From Gammaproteobacteria bacterium (GTDB lineage: Bacteria; Pseudomonadota; Gammaproteobacteria; SZUA-229): a stretch of DNA of 55,140 nucleotides. The notes beneath the pieces are model-generated. The model saw only the letters and a list, made by a program, of their open reading frames with translations. It was not told the origin of the DNA and did no database searches. The translations under genes were made by a program, and so were the position numbers. How positions within the stretch are numbered: position 1 is the first letter of the stretch; every line of letters starts with the position of its first letter. Of the stretch, positions 35,866 through 45,511 are shown in pieces. The stretch is from positions 1 to 55,140 of the forward strand of contig JBLYYN010000191.1 of NCBI GenBank assembly GCA_048550535.1, written 5' to 3'.

Positions 35866-36942
35866 ATGGCAATGGCAGATATGCGTCCGCCCATCGAGTC
35901 TGGATGTCCAGACGGTTTCCAGTACATGCATCCTACGATGCGTCGTAATTTTGGCCAGTGGAAATATCACACTGACCCTCGTCCTGGTGTTCTGTGTCAC
36001 GTTGCAGAAAGCGGTGAAAAAATCTTCACTGTTAAAGCCGGAACTCAACGTATTCTCGACCTGTTCACCCTGCGTGAACTGACTAAAATCGGTGATGAAT
36101 TTGCAGACGGTTACATCCGTTTTACTATTCGTTCTAACATCGAATTTAATGTAGCCGACGAAGCTAAAGTTGAGCCTCTGATTAAAGCTCTGGAAGATGC
36201 TGGCTATGTTGTTGGTGGTACTAAAAACTCGGTAACTACTCTGTCTCACACACAGGGCTGGTTGCACTGCGATATCCCGGGCACTGATGCCTCTGGTGTT
36301 GTTAAATCCATGATGGACGAACTGATTGACGAGTTCAAACAGTGGAACATGCCTAACCGTGTTCACATGACTACATCTTGCTGCCAGATCAACTGTGGTG
36401 GTCAGGGTGACATCGCGATCAATGTTCAGCACACCAAGCCACCTAAGATCGATCACAGCCTGGTTGCCAACGTTTGTGAGCGTCCTACTGTTGTTGCTCG
36501 TTGTCCGGTAGCCGCTATTCGTCCTGCACTGGTCGATGGCAAACCATCTCTGGAAATTGACGAGAAGAAATGTATGTGTTGTGGTGCATGTTTCCCTCCT
36601 TGTCCTCCTATGCAGATCAACGATGCAGAGCACAGTAAACTGGCTATCTGGGTTGGTGGTAACCACTCAAATGCTCGTGGCAAACCCACTTTCCAGAAAC
36701 TGGTTGCATCCGGTATTCCTAACAACCCACCTCGTTGGCCTGAAGCGACTGCTGTCGTTAAGCAGATACTGAAGTGCTACAAAGAAGATGCTCGCGATTG
36801 GGAGCGTGTTGGTGAGTGGGTTGAGCGTATCGGCTGGCCTCGTTTCTTCGAACTGACCAGTCTGCCATTCACTAAGTACCACATTGATAACTGGCGTGGT
36901 GCTCGTGCAAGCCTGAATGCTTCTACGCACATCCGTTTCTAA
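35866..36942 (+). CDS. dsrB: Dissimilatory sulfite reductase beta subunit DsrB
   Basis: 358 aa with Cys clusters (CCQINCGG, CPVAAI...CMCCGACFPPCP). Immediately follows dsrA. Confidence 0.95.
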   Translation: MAMADMRPPIESGCPDGFQYMHPTMRRNFGQWKYHTDPRPGVLCHVAESGEKIFTVKAGTQRILDLFTLRELTKIGDEFADGYIRFTIRSNIEFNVADEAKVEPLIKALEDAGYVVGGTKNSVTTLSHTQGWLHCDIPGTDASGVVKSMMDELIDEFKQWNMPNRVHMTTSCCQINCGGQGDIAINVQHTKPPKIDHSLVANVCERPTVVARCPVAAIRPALVDGKPSLEIDEKKCMCCGACFPPCPPMQINDAEHSKLAIWVGGNHSNARGKPTFQKLVASGIPNNPPRWPEATAVVKQILKCYKEDARDWERVGEWVERIGWPRFFELTSLPFTKYHIDNWRGARASLNASTHIRF

Positions 36943-36959
36943 TTTGAGGATAATGGTCA

Positions 36960-37352
36960 ATGAAGTTATCTATTCAAATTAACGAAGGACCTTATACTCA
37001 TGAAGCCTCTACAACTGCCTTGAACTTTATCAAGGCGGCTGTGGAAGCCGGTCATGAGATATTCCGTGTCTTTTTCTATCATGATGGCGTAAATAACGGC
37101 ACTCGTTACACTAAGCCACCACAGGATGACCGCAATCTTGTAGCCGCATGGTCAGAAATGGCTGAAAAACACGGTTTGGATCTGGTTGTTTGTGTAGCCG
37201 CGGCTCAGCGCCGCGGTATTGCTGACGAAGGCGAGCAGCAACGTAACGGCCTCGACGGCAATAACATAGCTCCGGGCTTCCGTATTTCAGGTTTGGGTCA
37301 GTTGATTGAAGCTGGTATTGAATCTGAACGTTTAGTCGTATTTGGTGATTAG
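36960..37352 (+). CDS. dsrE: Sulfurtransferase complex subunit DsrE
   Basis: 130-aa DsrE/TusD fold with the active-site Cys in LVVCVAAAQRRG. Confidence 0.9.
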   Translation: MKLSIQINEGPYTHEASTTALNFIKAAVEAGHEIFRVFFYHDGVNNGTRYTKPPQDDRNLVAAWSEMAEKHGLDLVVCVAAAQRRGIADEGEQQRNGLDGNNIAPGFRISGLGQLIEAGIESERLVVFGD

Positions 37353-37359
37353 GGGTAGC

Positions 37360-37770
37360 ATGATGTCAGAGATAAAGAAATTTTTATACATCAACCGCAA
37401 AGCTCCCTACGGCACTATTTATGCGTGGGAATCGCTTGAGGTTGTTTTAATTGGTGCAGCTTTTGATCAGGACGTTAGCCTTGCTTTTATCGGCGATGGT
37501 GTTTATCAGATCGCCAAAGGCCAGGACACCACTGAACTGGGTATCAAGAACTTTTCTCCCACATACTCTGCTCTGGGTGATTACGACATCAACAAGATTT
37601 ATGTTGAAAAAGAATCTCTGGAAGCTCGTGGCCTGACGGTTGATGATCTGATGAAGCTAACCTGGGAAGATGAGGACGAAGATTGGGCTGAAAAAGACTC
37701 GATCCAGATCCTTCCTGCCAAAGAGTTAGCTGAAATCATGGATCAGCAAGACATCGTTCTTAGCTTCTAG
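37360..37770 (+). CDS. dsrF: Sulfurtransferase complex subunit DsrF
   Basis: TusC-like protein of about 136 aa, placed between dsrE and dsrH. The start is set at the ATG after the dsrE stop codon; the track TTG at 37342 would overlap dsrE. Confidence 0.85.
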   Translation: MMSEIKKFLYINRKAPYGTIYAWESLEVVLIGAAFDQDVSLAFIGDGVYQIAKGQDTTELGIKNFSPTYSALGDYDINKIYVEKESLEARGLTVDDLMKLTWEDEDEDWAEKDSIQILPAKELAEIMDQQDIVLSF

Positions 37771-37782
37771 GAGAATTCATAT

Positions 37783-38091
37783 ATGTCAATGCTACACACT
37801 GTAAACAAATCACCATTCGAGCGCGATTCGCTAGCTAGTTGCCTGCGTTTAGCGGTCAACGGTAGCGCTGTTCTTCTGATTGAAGATGGCATTTATGGCG
37901 CCATGAGTGGAACAGAAAACTCTGCCATGGTTGAGGAAAGCAAGAAGGGAATTTCCTTCTATGTGTTAGGACCTGATCTAAAAGCACGCGGTATAAGCGA
38001 AGATCGTGTAATCGATGGCATAAAAGTTGTCGACTACAAAGGTTTTGTAGATCTGGTTGCCGAGCATGACTCTAGTCAGGCCTGGCTATAA
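37783..38091 (+). CDS. dsrH: Sulfurtransferase complex subunit DsrH
   Basis: 102-aa TusB-like protein with a conserved Cys in SLASCLR. Its position in dsrEFH fits. Confidence 0.85.
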   Translation: MSMLHTVNKSPFERDSLASCLRLAVNGSAVLLIEDGIYGAMSGTENSAMVEESKKGISFYVLGPDLKARGISEDRVIDGIKVVDYKGFVDLVAEHDSSQAWL

Positions 38092-38135
38092 ACTTAATTT
38101 TAAATATTTTACGTTATAAACGTAGGAGACAAACA

Positions 38136-38468
38136 ATGCCTATCGAAGTAAACGGTAAGTCACTTGAGACTGATGAAGAAGGTTACCTCGCTAACCTGAA
38201 TGAGTGGGTACCTGAAGTTGCCACTGCTATGGCCGCTGCAGAAGACCAGCCCCTGGACGAAAATCACTGGGAAGTAATCAACTTTCTGCGTGAATATTAT
38301 GAAGAATACCAGATCGCTCCTGCGGTACGTGTTCTGACTAAAGCTATTGGTAAAAAACTGGGTAAAGACAAAGGTAACAGCAAGTACCTGTACGAACTGT
38401 TCCCATACGGCCCAGGCAAACAGGCCTGTAAATACGCCGGTCTGCCAAAACCAACTGGCTGCGTTTAA
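38136..38468 (+). CDS. dsrC: DsrC, the sulfur-carrier substrate protein of DsrAB/DsrMK
   Basis: 110 aa. The C-terminal arm ...QACKYAGLPKPTGCV carries both conserved cysteines: the penultimate Cys and a second Cys 11 residues upstream of it. Confidence 0.95.
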   Translation: MPIEVNGKSLETDEEGYLANLNEWVPEVATAMAAAEDQPLDENHWEVINFLREYYEEYQIAPAVRVLTKAIGKKLGKDKGNSKYLYELFPYGPGKQACKYAGLPKPTGCV

Positions 38469-38478
38469 TTTAGACGCT

Positions 38479-38510
38479 CAGAGGGGAGTAATCTCCCCTC
38501 TGAATTTTTA
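38479..38510 (+). terminator. Intra-operon terminator/attenuator after dsrC
   Basis: Perfect 10-bp stem CAGAGGGGAG/CTCCCCTCTG with a 4-nt loop, followed by AATTTTTAAT. Confidence 0.6.
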
Positions 38511-38549
38511 ATATTTGATTAATACTGTTAGTTGCGGAGTATAGCTCTG

Positions 38550-39305
38550 ATGTCCACTCTAATTGCATTACTGCTGTCAGCGGCAACGCTGGTGATGATT
38601 ATCGGTCTGCTTGTTAAAATCAAACAGTACCAAAGTACTCCCGCTCCCCTAAAGATTCCTGTTACACCGGCTCCTAAATCAACAGGAGGCGTTGTACTTA
38701 GGCTGGCTAAAGAAGTCATTTTCTTTGCGGCCCTGTTCCGTGCGAGCAAATGGACCTGGCTATTCGGCTGGATGTTCCATATTGCACTGGCCCTCGCTTT
38801 CCTACGTCACTTACGTTATGTAATCGACCCAGAAGGTATGCTAGGTTTCATGTGGCCCCTGATTAACCTGGAAATCGTCCAAAGTTTCGGCAAATACGCC
38901 GGTTTTGCCATGGTAATTGGCTTACTAGGCCTGTTTGGTCGCCGCATATTTGTCCAGCGTGTACGTTACATATCTGCTCCTTCAGATTACCTGATGCTGA
39001 TTCTGTTTATGCTGATTGCATTCAGTGGTTTGATAATGAGCTTTGTATCACACGTCGACATCGTTCAGGTGAAAGTATTTATGCTGGGCATACTGAACCT
39101 GGATCCACAGGCTCTACCAGTCAGTATCCCTCTACTGATTCACCTGATACTGGTGTCCATACTTGCCCTGATACTACCTGTGAGCAAACTGTTGCACATC
39201 CCAGGCGTTTTCTATTCCCCGGCACGTAATCAGGTTGATAACCCACGTGAAAAGCGTCACATATCTGACTGGGCTAAGAAACTAGATGAAACACGTAGCA
39301 GTTAA
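38550..39305 (+). CDS. dsrM: DsrM, a NarI-like dihaem b membrane subunit
   Basis: Five TM helices with conserved His residues. Precedes dsrK. An ATG at 38550 with GGAG upstream is preferred to the track TTG at 38532. Confidence 0.85.
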   Translation: MSTLIALLLSAATLVMIIGLLVKIKQYQSTPAPLKIPVTPAPKSTGGVVLRLAKEVIFFAALFRASKWTWLFGWMFHIALALAFLRHLRYVIDPEGMLGFMWPLINLEIVQSFGKYAGFAMVIGLLGLFGRRIFVQRVRYISAPSDYLMLILFMLIAFSGLIMSFVSHVDIVQVKVFMLGILNLDPQALPVSIPLLIHLILVSILALILPVSKLLHIPGVFYSPARNQVDNPREKRHISDWAKKLDETRSS

Positions 39306-39364
39306 TTGATTTAACACGCTGACACTGAAACAGAATAAACAAAGAGTACGTCGAGGAGTCCAAA

Positions 39365-40921
39365 GTGGCTGATTACGAGGTTCCAGAACTTAAAGAGTAT
39401 GCAGTTGTTCCATTGCCAAAAATCGGCACTATGAAACACTCATCACCTTTTGTTGCAAAAACCGACTTCCAGGATGCCCTGGGATACGATAGCAAGAAAG
39501 TACAGAATGAAGGCGAAGACCCAAAGTATGTGCTGGTCGATGACTGGCATGATAAAGCCATCGATAAGATGGGTGATCTGCTGGGTCGTTACCGCGGCTT
39601 CCGTGTGTTCATGGATTCCTGTGTAAAATGCGGAGCCTGTACTGACAAGTGTCATTACTTCCTGGGTACTGATGACGCCAAAAACATGCCCGTCGCCCGT
39701 CAGGATCTGTTGCGCAGTGTATATCGTCGCTACTTCACCTTTGCCGGTAAATATTTTCCTAAACTGGTGGGTGCACAGGATCTAACTGAAGAAGTTATTG
39801 ATGACTGGTATAGCTACTTTCACCAGTGCTCAGAATGCCGTCGTTGTTCTGTTTTCTGCCCTTACGGCATTGATACTGCTGAAGTCACCATGGCCGCTCG
39901 TGAAATCATGGCGCACATCGGTAGAGGAATGAAATATAACAATGAGATTATTGCCAAGGTATTCACCATTGGTAATAACCTGGGTCTGCCTGAAAAAGCC
40001 CTGGCCAATGTACTCGAAGGCCTGGAAGAAGACGTTGAAGAAGAAACAGGTGTAGCGGTTAAATTCCCACTGGACCAGAAAGGTGTCGATATCCTGGTGG
40101 TAACACCTTCTGCAGACTTCTTTGCAGAACCGCACATTGACGGTCTGATTGGTTACGCCAAGGTATTACACGAAACCGGTGCCAGCTGGACCCTGAGCTC
40201 AAAAGCTTCGGAAGCCGCAAACTTTGGACTGTTTATCGGCAGTTACGAAAATATGCAACGGGTATCCATGCGTATTCGTGAAGCGGCACAGGAGCTGGGT
40301 GTAAAACGTATTGTATACGGCGAATGTGGCCATGCATGGCGCGTAGGCTATAGCTTCCTCAACACATTGGCCGGACCTTTTGACTTCCTGGATCAGAACT
40401 ATCCCATTCCACAGCATATTTGTGAATACACACTGGATGCCCTGGAAAAAGGTCAACTGAATATCGATAAGTCTCTTAATGATGACATGGTTCTTACTTT
40501 CCATGATTCCTGCAACATTGCACGTGCTTCTGGCATGGGCAAAAAGCCTGGTGGCCAGTTCACCATTCCGCGTGCAGTAATCAAGCATGTTTGTAACAAC
40601 TTTGTCGATATGGAGCATGACACCATTGGTGACGCAACCTTCTGTTGCGGTGGTGGTGGTGGTCTGCTCACCGATGATTTAATGGAACTGCGTATCAAAG
40701 GCGCTGTGCCTCGCGCATCTGCATTGAATAATGTAGTCAAGGAAAATGGTGTCACTCATATGGCCGCGATTTGCGCGATCTGTAAGAGTCAGTTCACCAA
40801 GGTACTCCCCTATTTCGGATTTACCATGGATCAAATTGTCAGCGTTCACCAGTTAGTCAGCAATGCCATCATCCTGGAAGGCCAGGTTAGTGATGACGAT
40901 GACGATGGTGACACTGAATAA
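39365..40921 (+). CDS. dsrK: DsrK, an HdrD-like Fe-S catalytic subunit
   Basis: Ferredoxin-like CxxCxxCxxxC motifs (CVKCGACTDKC, CSECRRCSVFC) and CCG-domain motifs (FCCGGGGG, HDSC). GTG start. Confidence 0.9.
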   Translation: MADYEVPELKEYAVVPLPKIGTMKHSSPFVAKTDFQDALGYDSKKVQNEGEDPKYVLVDDWHDKAIDKMGDLLGRYRGFRVFMDSCVKCGACTDKCHYFLGTDDAKNMPVARQDLLRSVYRRYFTFAGKYFPKLVGAQDLTEEVIDDWYSYFHQCSECRRCSVFCPYGIDTAEVTMAAREIMAHIGRGMKYNNEIIAKVFTIGNNLGLPEKALANVLEGLEEDVEEETGVAVKFPLDQKGVDILVVTPSADFFAEPHIDGLIGYAKVLHETGASWTLSSKASEAANFGLFIGSYENMQRVSMRIREAAQELGVKRIVYGECGHAWRVGYSFLNTLAGPFDFLDQNYPIPQHICEYTLDALEKGQLNIDKSLNDDMVLTFHDSCNIARASGMGKKPGGQFTIPRAVIKHVCNNFVDMEHDTIGDATFCCGGGGGLLTDDLMELRIKGAVPRASALNNVVKENGVTHMAAICAICKSQFTKVLPYFGFTMDQIVSVHQLVSNAIILEGQVSDDDDDGDTE

Positions 40922-40979
40922 TAAGATTCAAAACACCACAGATTTTAACTATACGGTTTAAGCATATAGGAGAACAGGC

Positions 40980-42950
40980 ATGGCAACTTCCAAAGAAGAC
41001 ATGCAGAACAAAAACTTGACTTTCCGTCGCTACGAAGATGGCAATTCGAAATGGTCAAGAATGAATGACTTAATATTTAATGAGGATCACTCTCACAAGT
41101 GTCCGACCTATGTGCACCGCACACCACCTTGTCAGGGCAGCTGCCCTTCAGGTGAGGATATTCGTGGCTGGCTGGACATTATTCGTGGCATCGAGGTTCC
41201 ACCTCAGGGTGTTTCTAAGGAAGAATATGCATTCCTTCGTTCTACCACTGCTAACCCCTTCCCTGCGATGATGGGTCGTGTATGCCCTGCACCCTGCGAG
41301 ACCGGTTGTAATCGTAACGATGTAGATGACTTTGTAGGCATCAACTCTGTTGAGCAGTATATTGGTGACAGTGCCTTCACTGAAAAATACGCCTTTGGCG
41401 AACTACCCGCTCTGGGTAAAAAGAAAGTTGCCATCATCGGTGGCGGTCCTGCAGGTATGGCTGCGGCTTACCAACTGCGTAAAATGGGTATTGCCAGCAC
41501 CATTTTTGACGACCACTCTGAACTGGGCGGCATGATGCGCTACGGTATCCCCGGTTATCGTACTCCCCGTGACGTACTGGATCACGAATGTAATCGTATC
41601 GTGGACATGGGCGGCATCGAACTGAAGATGAATACCCGTGTCGGTAAAGACATACCCGTCGCCGATGTCGAAAAATCTCACGATGCTATGTTGTGGGCCC
41701 TGGGTTGTAAAAAAGGCCGTGGTCTGTTCGTAGATGGCTGGGACGAAACATCTAACTGTATTACTGCTGTTGACTTCCTTGAGCAGTTCAACAAAGGCGA
41801 CATGAAGTACACCGCCAACAAGATACTGTGTGTGGGTGGTGGTGATACCTCTATCGACGTTGTTTCTGTATCTCGTCGTATTGGTACTCTAAAAAGCTAC
41901 AATGAGAACCCTGAAGACTCTGCGACGGGTAAAACTGTACATGGCGATGTCAACGATGCTGACAAGAAACCTTGCGACAACGTGACCCTGACAGCCCTGT
42001 TCAAACGTGAAGACATGACGGCTGCTGAGCACGAAGTGAATGATGCGCTGGTAGAAGGCGTCACCATCATGAATGAAGTAATGCCAGTTGAAATCATCAA
42101 AGATGCCAACGGCCGTGCAACAGGTCTGAAACTGGCGGATTGCAAATTCGAAAACAATATACCTGTGCTGGTTGAAGGTGGCAAAGAATACACCATAGAA
42201 GCCGATCTGATCGTATCTGCGATCGGCCAGTACGGTGACCTGGATGGACTGGAAGATCTGGACAACGGTCGTGCCCTGATCGACGCTGATAGCATGTACC
42301 AGGTTCCTGGTAAAGCCGGTCACTTCGTCTGTGGCGATATTGTACGTCCTCATCTGCTGACCACAGCCATTGGCCAGGCATCAGTCGCTGCCGAAACCAT
42401 TGCCGCTTATGTTAACCAGGCTGAAGCAAAGAAACGTCCGAAAGTTGACGTCCATCACTTCAACCTGCTGGATAAACTGAACGAAGCCCATTTGGCACCC
42501 ACTTCCTATGCTGACAAGCATCTGGAAGACGACAATCAACGCGGCACTGATAAAATGGACTACGCAGTTCACAATTATCAGGACCGTTCTGCACATGAGG
42601 TTATCTCTACAGATCGCATGTTCCTGGGTCATTTTGAAGCAGTAGACCGCGTACTGCGTACTGAAGACGTACCTTCTTCAGATGAAGTTCTGGGACATTT
42701 CCATGAGCGAATGAACGGCCTGGCAGACGAGCAGGCAGTTGCTGAAGCCAACCGTTGCATGAGCTGTGGTATGTGTTTCGAGTGTGATAACTGCGTTATC
42801 TTCTGTCCTCAGGATGCAGTTTTCAAAGTCAATAAAGACCAGCACACTACAGGTCGTTATGTCGATACTGATTATAAAAAATGTATCGGTTGTCATATCT
42901 GTGCTGATGTATGCCCTACCGGTTACATCGATATGGGCATGGGTGAATAA
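40980..42950 (+). CDS. dsrL: DsrL, a GltD-like NAD(P)H:acceptor oxidoreductase with a C-terminal ferredoxin domain
   Basis: Dinucleotide fold VAIIGGGPAGMAAA, N-terminal Fe-S cysteines, and a C-terminal 2x[4Fe-4S] motif (CMSCGMCFECDNC...CIGCHICADVCP). Confidence 0.9.
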   Translation: MATSKEDMQNKNLTFRRYEDGNSKWSRMNDLIFNEDHSHKCPTYVHRTPPCQGSCPSGEDIRGWLDIIRGIEVPPQGVSKEEYAFLRSTTANPFPAMMGRVCPAPCETGCNRNDVDDFVGINSVEQYIGDSAFTEKYAFGELPALGKKKVAIIGGGPAGMAAAYQLRKMGIASTIFDDHSELGGMMRYGIPGYRTPRDVLDHECNRIVDMGGIELKMNTRVGKDIPVADVEKSHDAMLWALGCKKGRGLFVDGWDETSNCITAVDFLEQFNKGDMKYTANKILCVGGGDTSIDVVSVSRRIGTLKSYNENPEDSATGKTVHGDVNDADKKPCDNVTLTALFKREDMTAAEHEVNDALVEGVTIMNEVMPVEIIKDANGRATGLKLADCKFENNIPVLVEGGKEYTIEADLIVSAIGQYGDLDGLEDLDNGRALIDADSMYQVPGKAGHFVCGDIVRPHLLTTAIGQASVAAETIAAYVNQAEAKKRPKVDVHHFNLLDKLNEAHLAPTSYADKHLEDDNQRGTDKMDYAVHNYQDRSAHEVISTDRMFLGHFEAVDRVLRTEDVPSSDEVLGHFHERMNGLADEQAVAEANRCMSCGMCFECDNCVIFCPQDAVFKVNKDQHTTGRYVDTDYKKCIGCHICADVCPTGYIDMGMGE

Positions 42951-42969
42951 AACAATCCAGGAGATTGAC

Positions 42970-43437
42970 ATGCAGCAGTTGAAACAGCTCATGCATAAAT
43001 CCATTCTGGCTACAGTGGGAAGCGCATTACTTGCGCTTTCTACTGTCGTTTTAGCTGGAGAAGGTGAGAAACCCTCTTTTATGCCTCACGTTCCAGAGCC
43101 TGAGAATGGCACTACGGAATGTGTAGAGCCAGAAGATGAGATGAAGAAGAACCACATGGTGTATATCATGCATCAACGTGATGAAACCATGCATCAGGGT
43201 ATACGTACTAAAACCTATAGCCTGAAAGAATGTATTAACTGCCATGTGCCAGAAAACACTTCTGTACGTTTTGGCGACACCAAACACTTCTGCAGTAGCT
43301 GCCACAATTTTGCTGGCGTTACTATAGACTGTTTCCAGTGTCACGCTGACCGCCCACAGGGTAAACCCAAGCATTCACTAAACAGTAGTCCGGTGCCACA
43401 TTACGCTGATACAGCTATGGGAGCGTCGAATGAGTAA
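42970..43437 (+). CDS. dsrJ: DsrJ, a periplasmic trihaem cytochrome c
   Basis: Signal sequence plus three CxxCH motifs (CINCH, CSSCH, CFQCH). AGGAG lies upstream of the ATG at 42970. The track start at 42766 lies inside dsrL. Confidence 0.9.
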   Translation: MQQLKQLMHKSILATVGSALLALSTVVLAGEGEKPSFMPHVPEPENGTTECVEPEDEMKKNHMVYIMHQRDETMHQGIRTKTYSLKECINCHVPENTSVRFGDTKHFCSSCHNFAGVTIDCFQCHADRPQGKPKHSLNSSPVPHYADTAMGASNE

Positions 43438-44173
43438 AGAAACCATCAATTTTTCCCGCCGTACTTTTGTTGAAAAGACAGCGACTACCGCAGCGGGTAT
43501 CAGTATTGCGCCCGGTATATTCCTTAATCAGGTAGCCCAGGCCAAACCGGCTGATCAGGCGGTAACCGATGCAGTCCGCTGGGGTATGCTGATTGATACC
43601 AACAAATGCGCATCAGGCTGTACCGCCTGTGTTTCTGCCTGTGCTGAAGAAAACGGCATCAAGTCACACGGCCGACCTGAAACCGATCAGGTGTGGATTC
43701 GCAAAGTGAAACTGCGCGATACCCAGACCGGTCATGTAACATCGCTGCCAATGTTATGCCAGCACTGTGAAAGCCCACCCTGTGTCGATGTATGTCCCAC
43801 AGGTGCTTCTTTCAAACGTGTCGATGGCATTGTACTGGTCGATCGTCATATATGTATCGGCTGCCGTTACTGCATGATGGCCTGCCCTTACAAAGCACGC
43901 TCATTTGCCCATGAAGTGGTAGAAGATCCTAAAGATTTTGCACCTCGTGGTAAGGGTACAGTCGAATCCTGCACTTTCTGTGTACATCGAGTTGATGAAG
44001 GTGGAACACCTGCCTGCGTCGAAGCCTGTACCGAAGCTGAACACGGCGCAATGTTATTCGGTGATTTGAAAGATCCTAACAGTGAAATTTCAAAACAACT
44101 GGAAAAACAGGGCGGTAAACAGATTCGTGCAGATCTCGGTCTAAACACCGGTGTTCGTTATCAGGGTCTCTAA
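43430..44173 (+). CDS. dsrO: DsrO, a periplasmic Fe-S ferredoxin-like subunit
   Basis: Tat motif SRRTFVEK and several 4Fe-4S Cys clusters. Overlaps the end of dsrJ by 8 nt. Confidence 0.9.
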   Translation: MSKETINFSRRTFVEKTATTAAGISIAPGIFLNQVAQAKPADQAVTDAVRWGMLIDTNKCASGCTACVSACAEENGIKSHGRPETDQVWIRKVKLRDTQTGHVTSLPMLCQHCESPPCVDVCPTGASFKRVDGIVLVDRHICIGCRYCMMACPYKARSFAHEVVEDPKDFAPRGKGTVESCTFCVHRVDEGGTPACVEACTEAEHGAMLFGDLKDPNSEISKQLEKQGGKQIRADLGLNTGVRYQGL

Positions 44174-44189
44174 GCTGGGTTGAAATGCT

Positions 44190-45413
44190 ATGAATAAAAT
44201 ACACTTACAAGAAATTGAAGGGAATAGCGCGGGTTACCTCAGCCTGTTAGGCTTTTTTGGCCTGTTCATACTGGCAGCCCTGGCTTCTACTTACTATATG
44301 GAACATAACGGTCACTGGGTGACCGGAATGAATAACCAGATCGTATGGGGTATGCCGCACGTGTTTGCCGTATTCCTCATCGTAGCGGCCTCCGGTGCAC
44401 TGAATGTGGCCTCTATTTCATCTGTTTTCAACAAGAAGATCTATAAGCCCCTGGCACCTCTGTCTGTATTGCTATCACTGGCATTGCTGACTGGAGGGTT
44501 GATGATTCTGGTACTCGACCTGGGTCGTCCTGATCGCCTGCTGGTTGCCATGACCTACTACAACTTCAAGTCCATCTTCGCATGGAACATGATTTTGTAT
44601 AATGGTTTCTTCCTGATTGTCGGCGTCTATATGTGGTTCATGCTGGATCGTACCATGAAAAAATATACACGCTATGCTGGCTTTGCGGCCTTCATCTGGC
44701 GACTGGTACTGACCACCGGTACTGGTTCTATCTTTGGCTTCCTGGTTGCCCGTACAGCCTATGATATGGCCTTGATGGCACCCATGTTCATTATTATGTC
44801 ATTTGCCTTTGGTCTGGCTTTTTATATTCTGGTTCTGATGGCTGCCTACAATGGTACTAATCGTGATCTGGGTGATGTTGTTCTGAAGCGTCTACGTAAC
44901 CTGCTCGGCGTATTCGTTGCAGCGGTACTGTACTTTGTGGCTGTTTACCATATGACTAATCTGTATGCCACTGAGCATCATGGTTATGAGGCCTTCATTT
45001 TGTTGGGTAAAAATGGTGGCAGCACCTACTCTCAGATCTTCTGGATTGGACAGATCCTGCTGGGCAGCATCCTGCCGCTGATTCTGATCTATCTGCCTGC
45101 ACTTGCCAATAGCCGCAAGATACTCGGCATTGCCAGTTTGCTGGTTATATTTGGTGGTATTGCTCAGATGTACATCATTATTGTGGGGGCTCAGGCCTAC
45201 CCGCTGGATATATTCCCGGGTAAGGAAGTACTGGAATCCGGCTTCTTTGATGGCGCGGTTACACAATACTCAGCTAGCATGCCGGAATATATGTTAGGTT
45301 TAGGAGGCATTGCTGCTGCCTTGATTATCGTGACCATCGGCATAAAAATACTGGCATTCCTGCCAACGTCTCTGGCCGATTCAGTTGCTGATCCTCATCA
45401 CAAGGCTGACTAA
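44190..45413 (+). CDS. dsrP: DsrP, an NrfD/PsrC-like integral membrane subunit
   Basis: 407 aa with about 10 TM helices. Follows dsrO. Confidence 0.9.
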   Translation: MNKIHLQEIEGNSAGYLSLLGFFGLFILAALASTYYMEHNGHWVTGMNNQIVWGMPHVFAVFLIVAASGALNVASISSVFNKKIYKPLAPLSVLLSLALLTGGLMILVLDLGRPDRLLVAMTYYNFKSIFAWNMILYNGFFLIVGVYMWFMLDRTMKKYTRYAGFAAFIWRLVLTTGTGSIFGFLVARTAYDMALMAPMFIIMSFAFGLAFYILVLMAAYNGTNRDLGDVVLKRLRNLLGVFVAAVLYFVAVYHMTNLYATEHHGYEAFILLGKNGGSTYSQIFWIGQILLGSILPLILIYLPALANSRKILGIASLLVIFGGIAQMYIIIVGAQAYPLDIFPGKEVLESGFFDGAVTQYSASMPEYMLGLGGIAAALIIVTIGIKILAFLPTSLADSVADPHHKAD

Positions 45414-45455
45414 ATTGGGGTTTTAATTTCGTACTTTGATATTTAACCCCAACAA

Positions 45456-45497
45456 GAAACGGCTCGAAGTATTTATCTTCGAGCCGTTTCTGTTTTA
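45456..45497 (+). terminator. Strong terminator-like hairpin between dsrP and dsrN
   Basis: Perfect 14-bp stem GAAACGGCTCGAAG/CTTCGAGCCGTTTC with a 7-nt loop, followed by TGTTTTA. It is preceded by a second 8-bp stem, TTGGGGTT/AACCCCAA (45415-45452). Confidence 0.6.
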
Positions 45498-45511
45498 GAG
45501 TTGTAATCATT

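Noticed and set aside
34893-36666. Long antisense ORFs 34893-35927(-, 344 aa) and 35860-36666(-, 268 aa) opposite dsrA/dsrB
   Set aside because: These are shadow ORFs on the strand opposite highly conserved dsrAB. Their composition is low-complexity (Thr/Val/Asn/Phe-rich) and they have no recognisable domains.
42766-42969. 5' extension of the dsrJ ORF (track start at 42766)
   Set aside because: It lies inside dsrL in another frame. The signal peptide and an AGGAG Shine-Dalgarno support the ATG at 42970.
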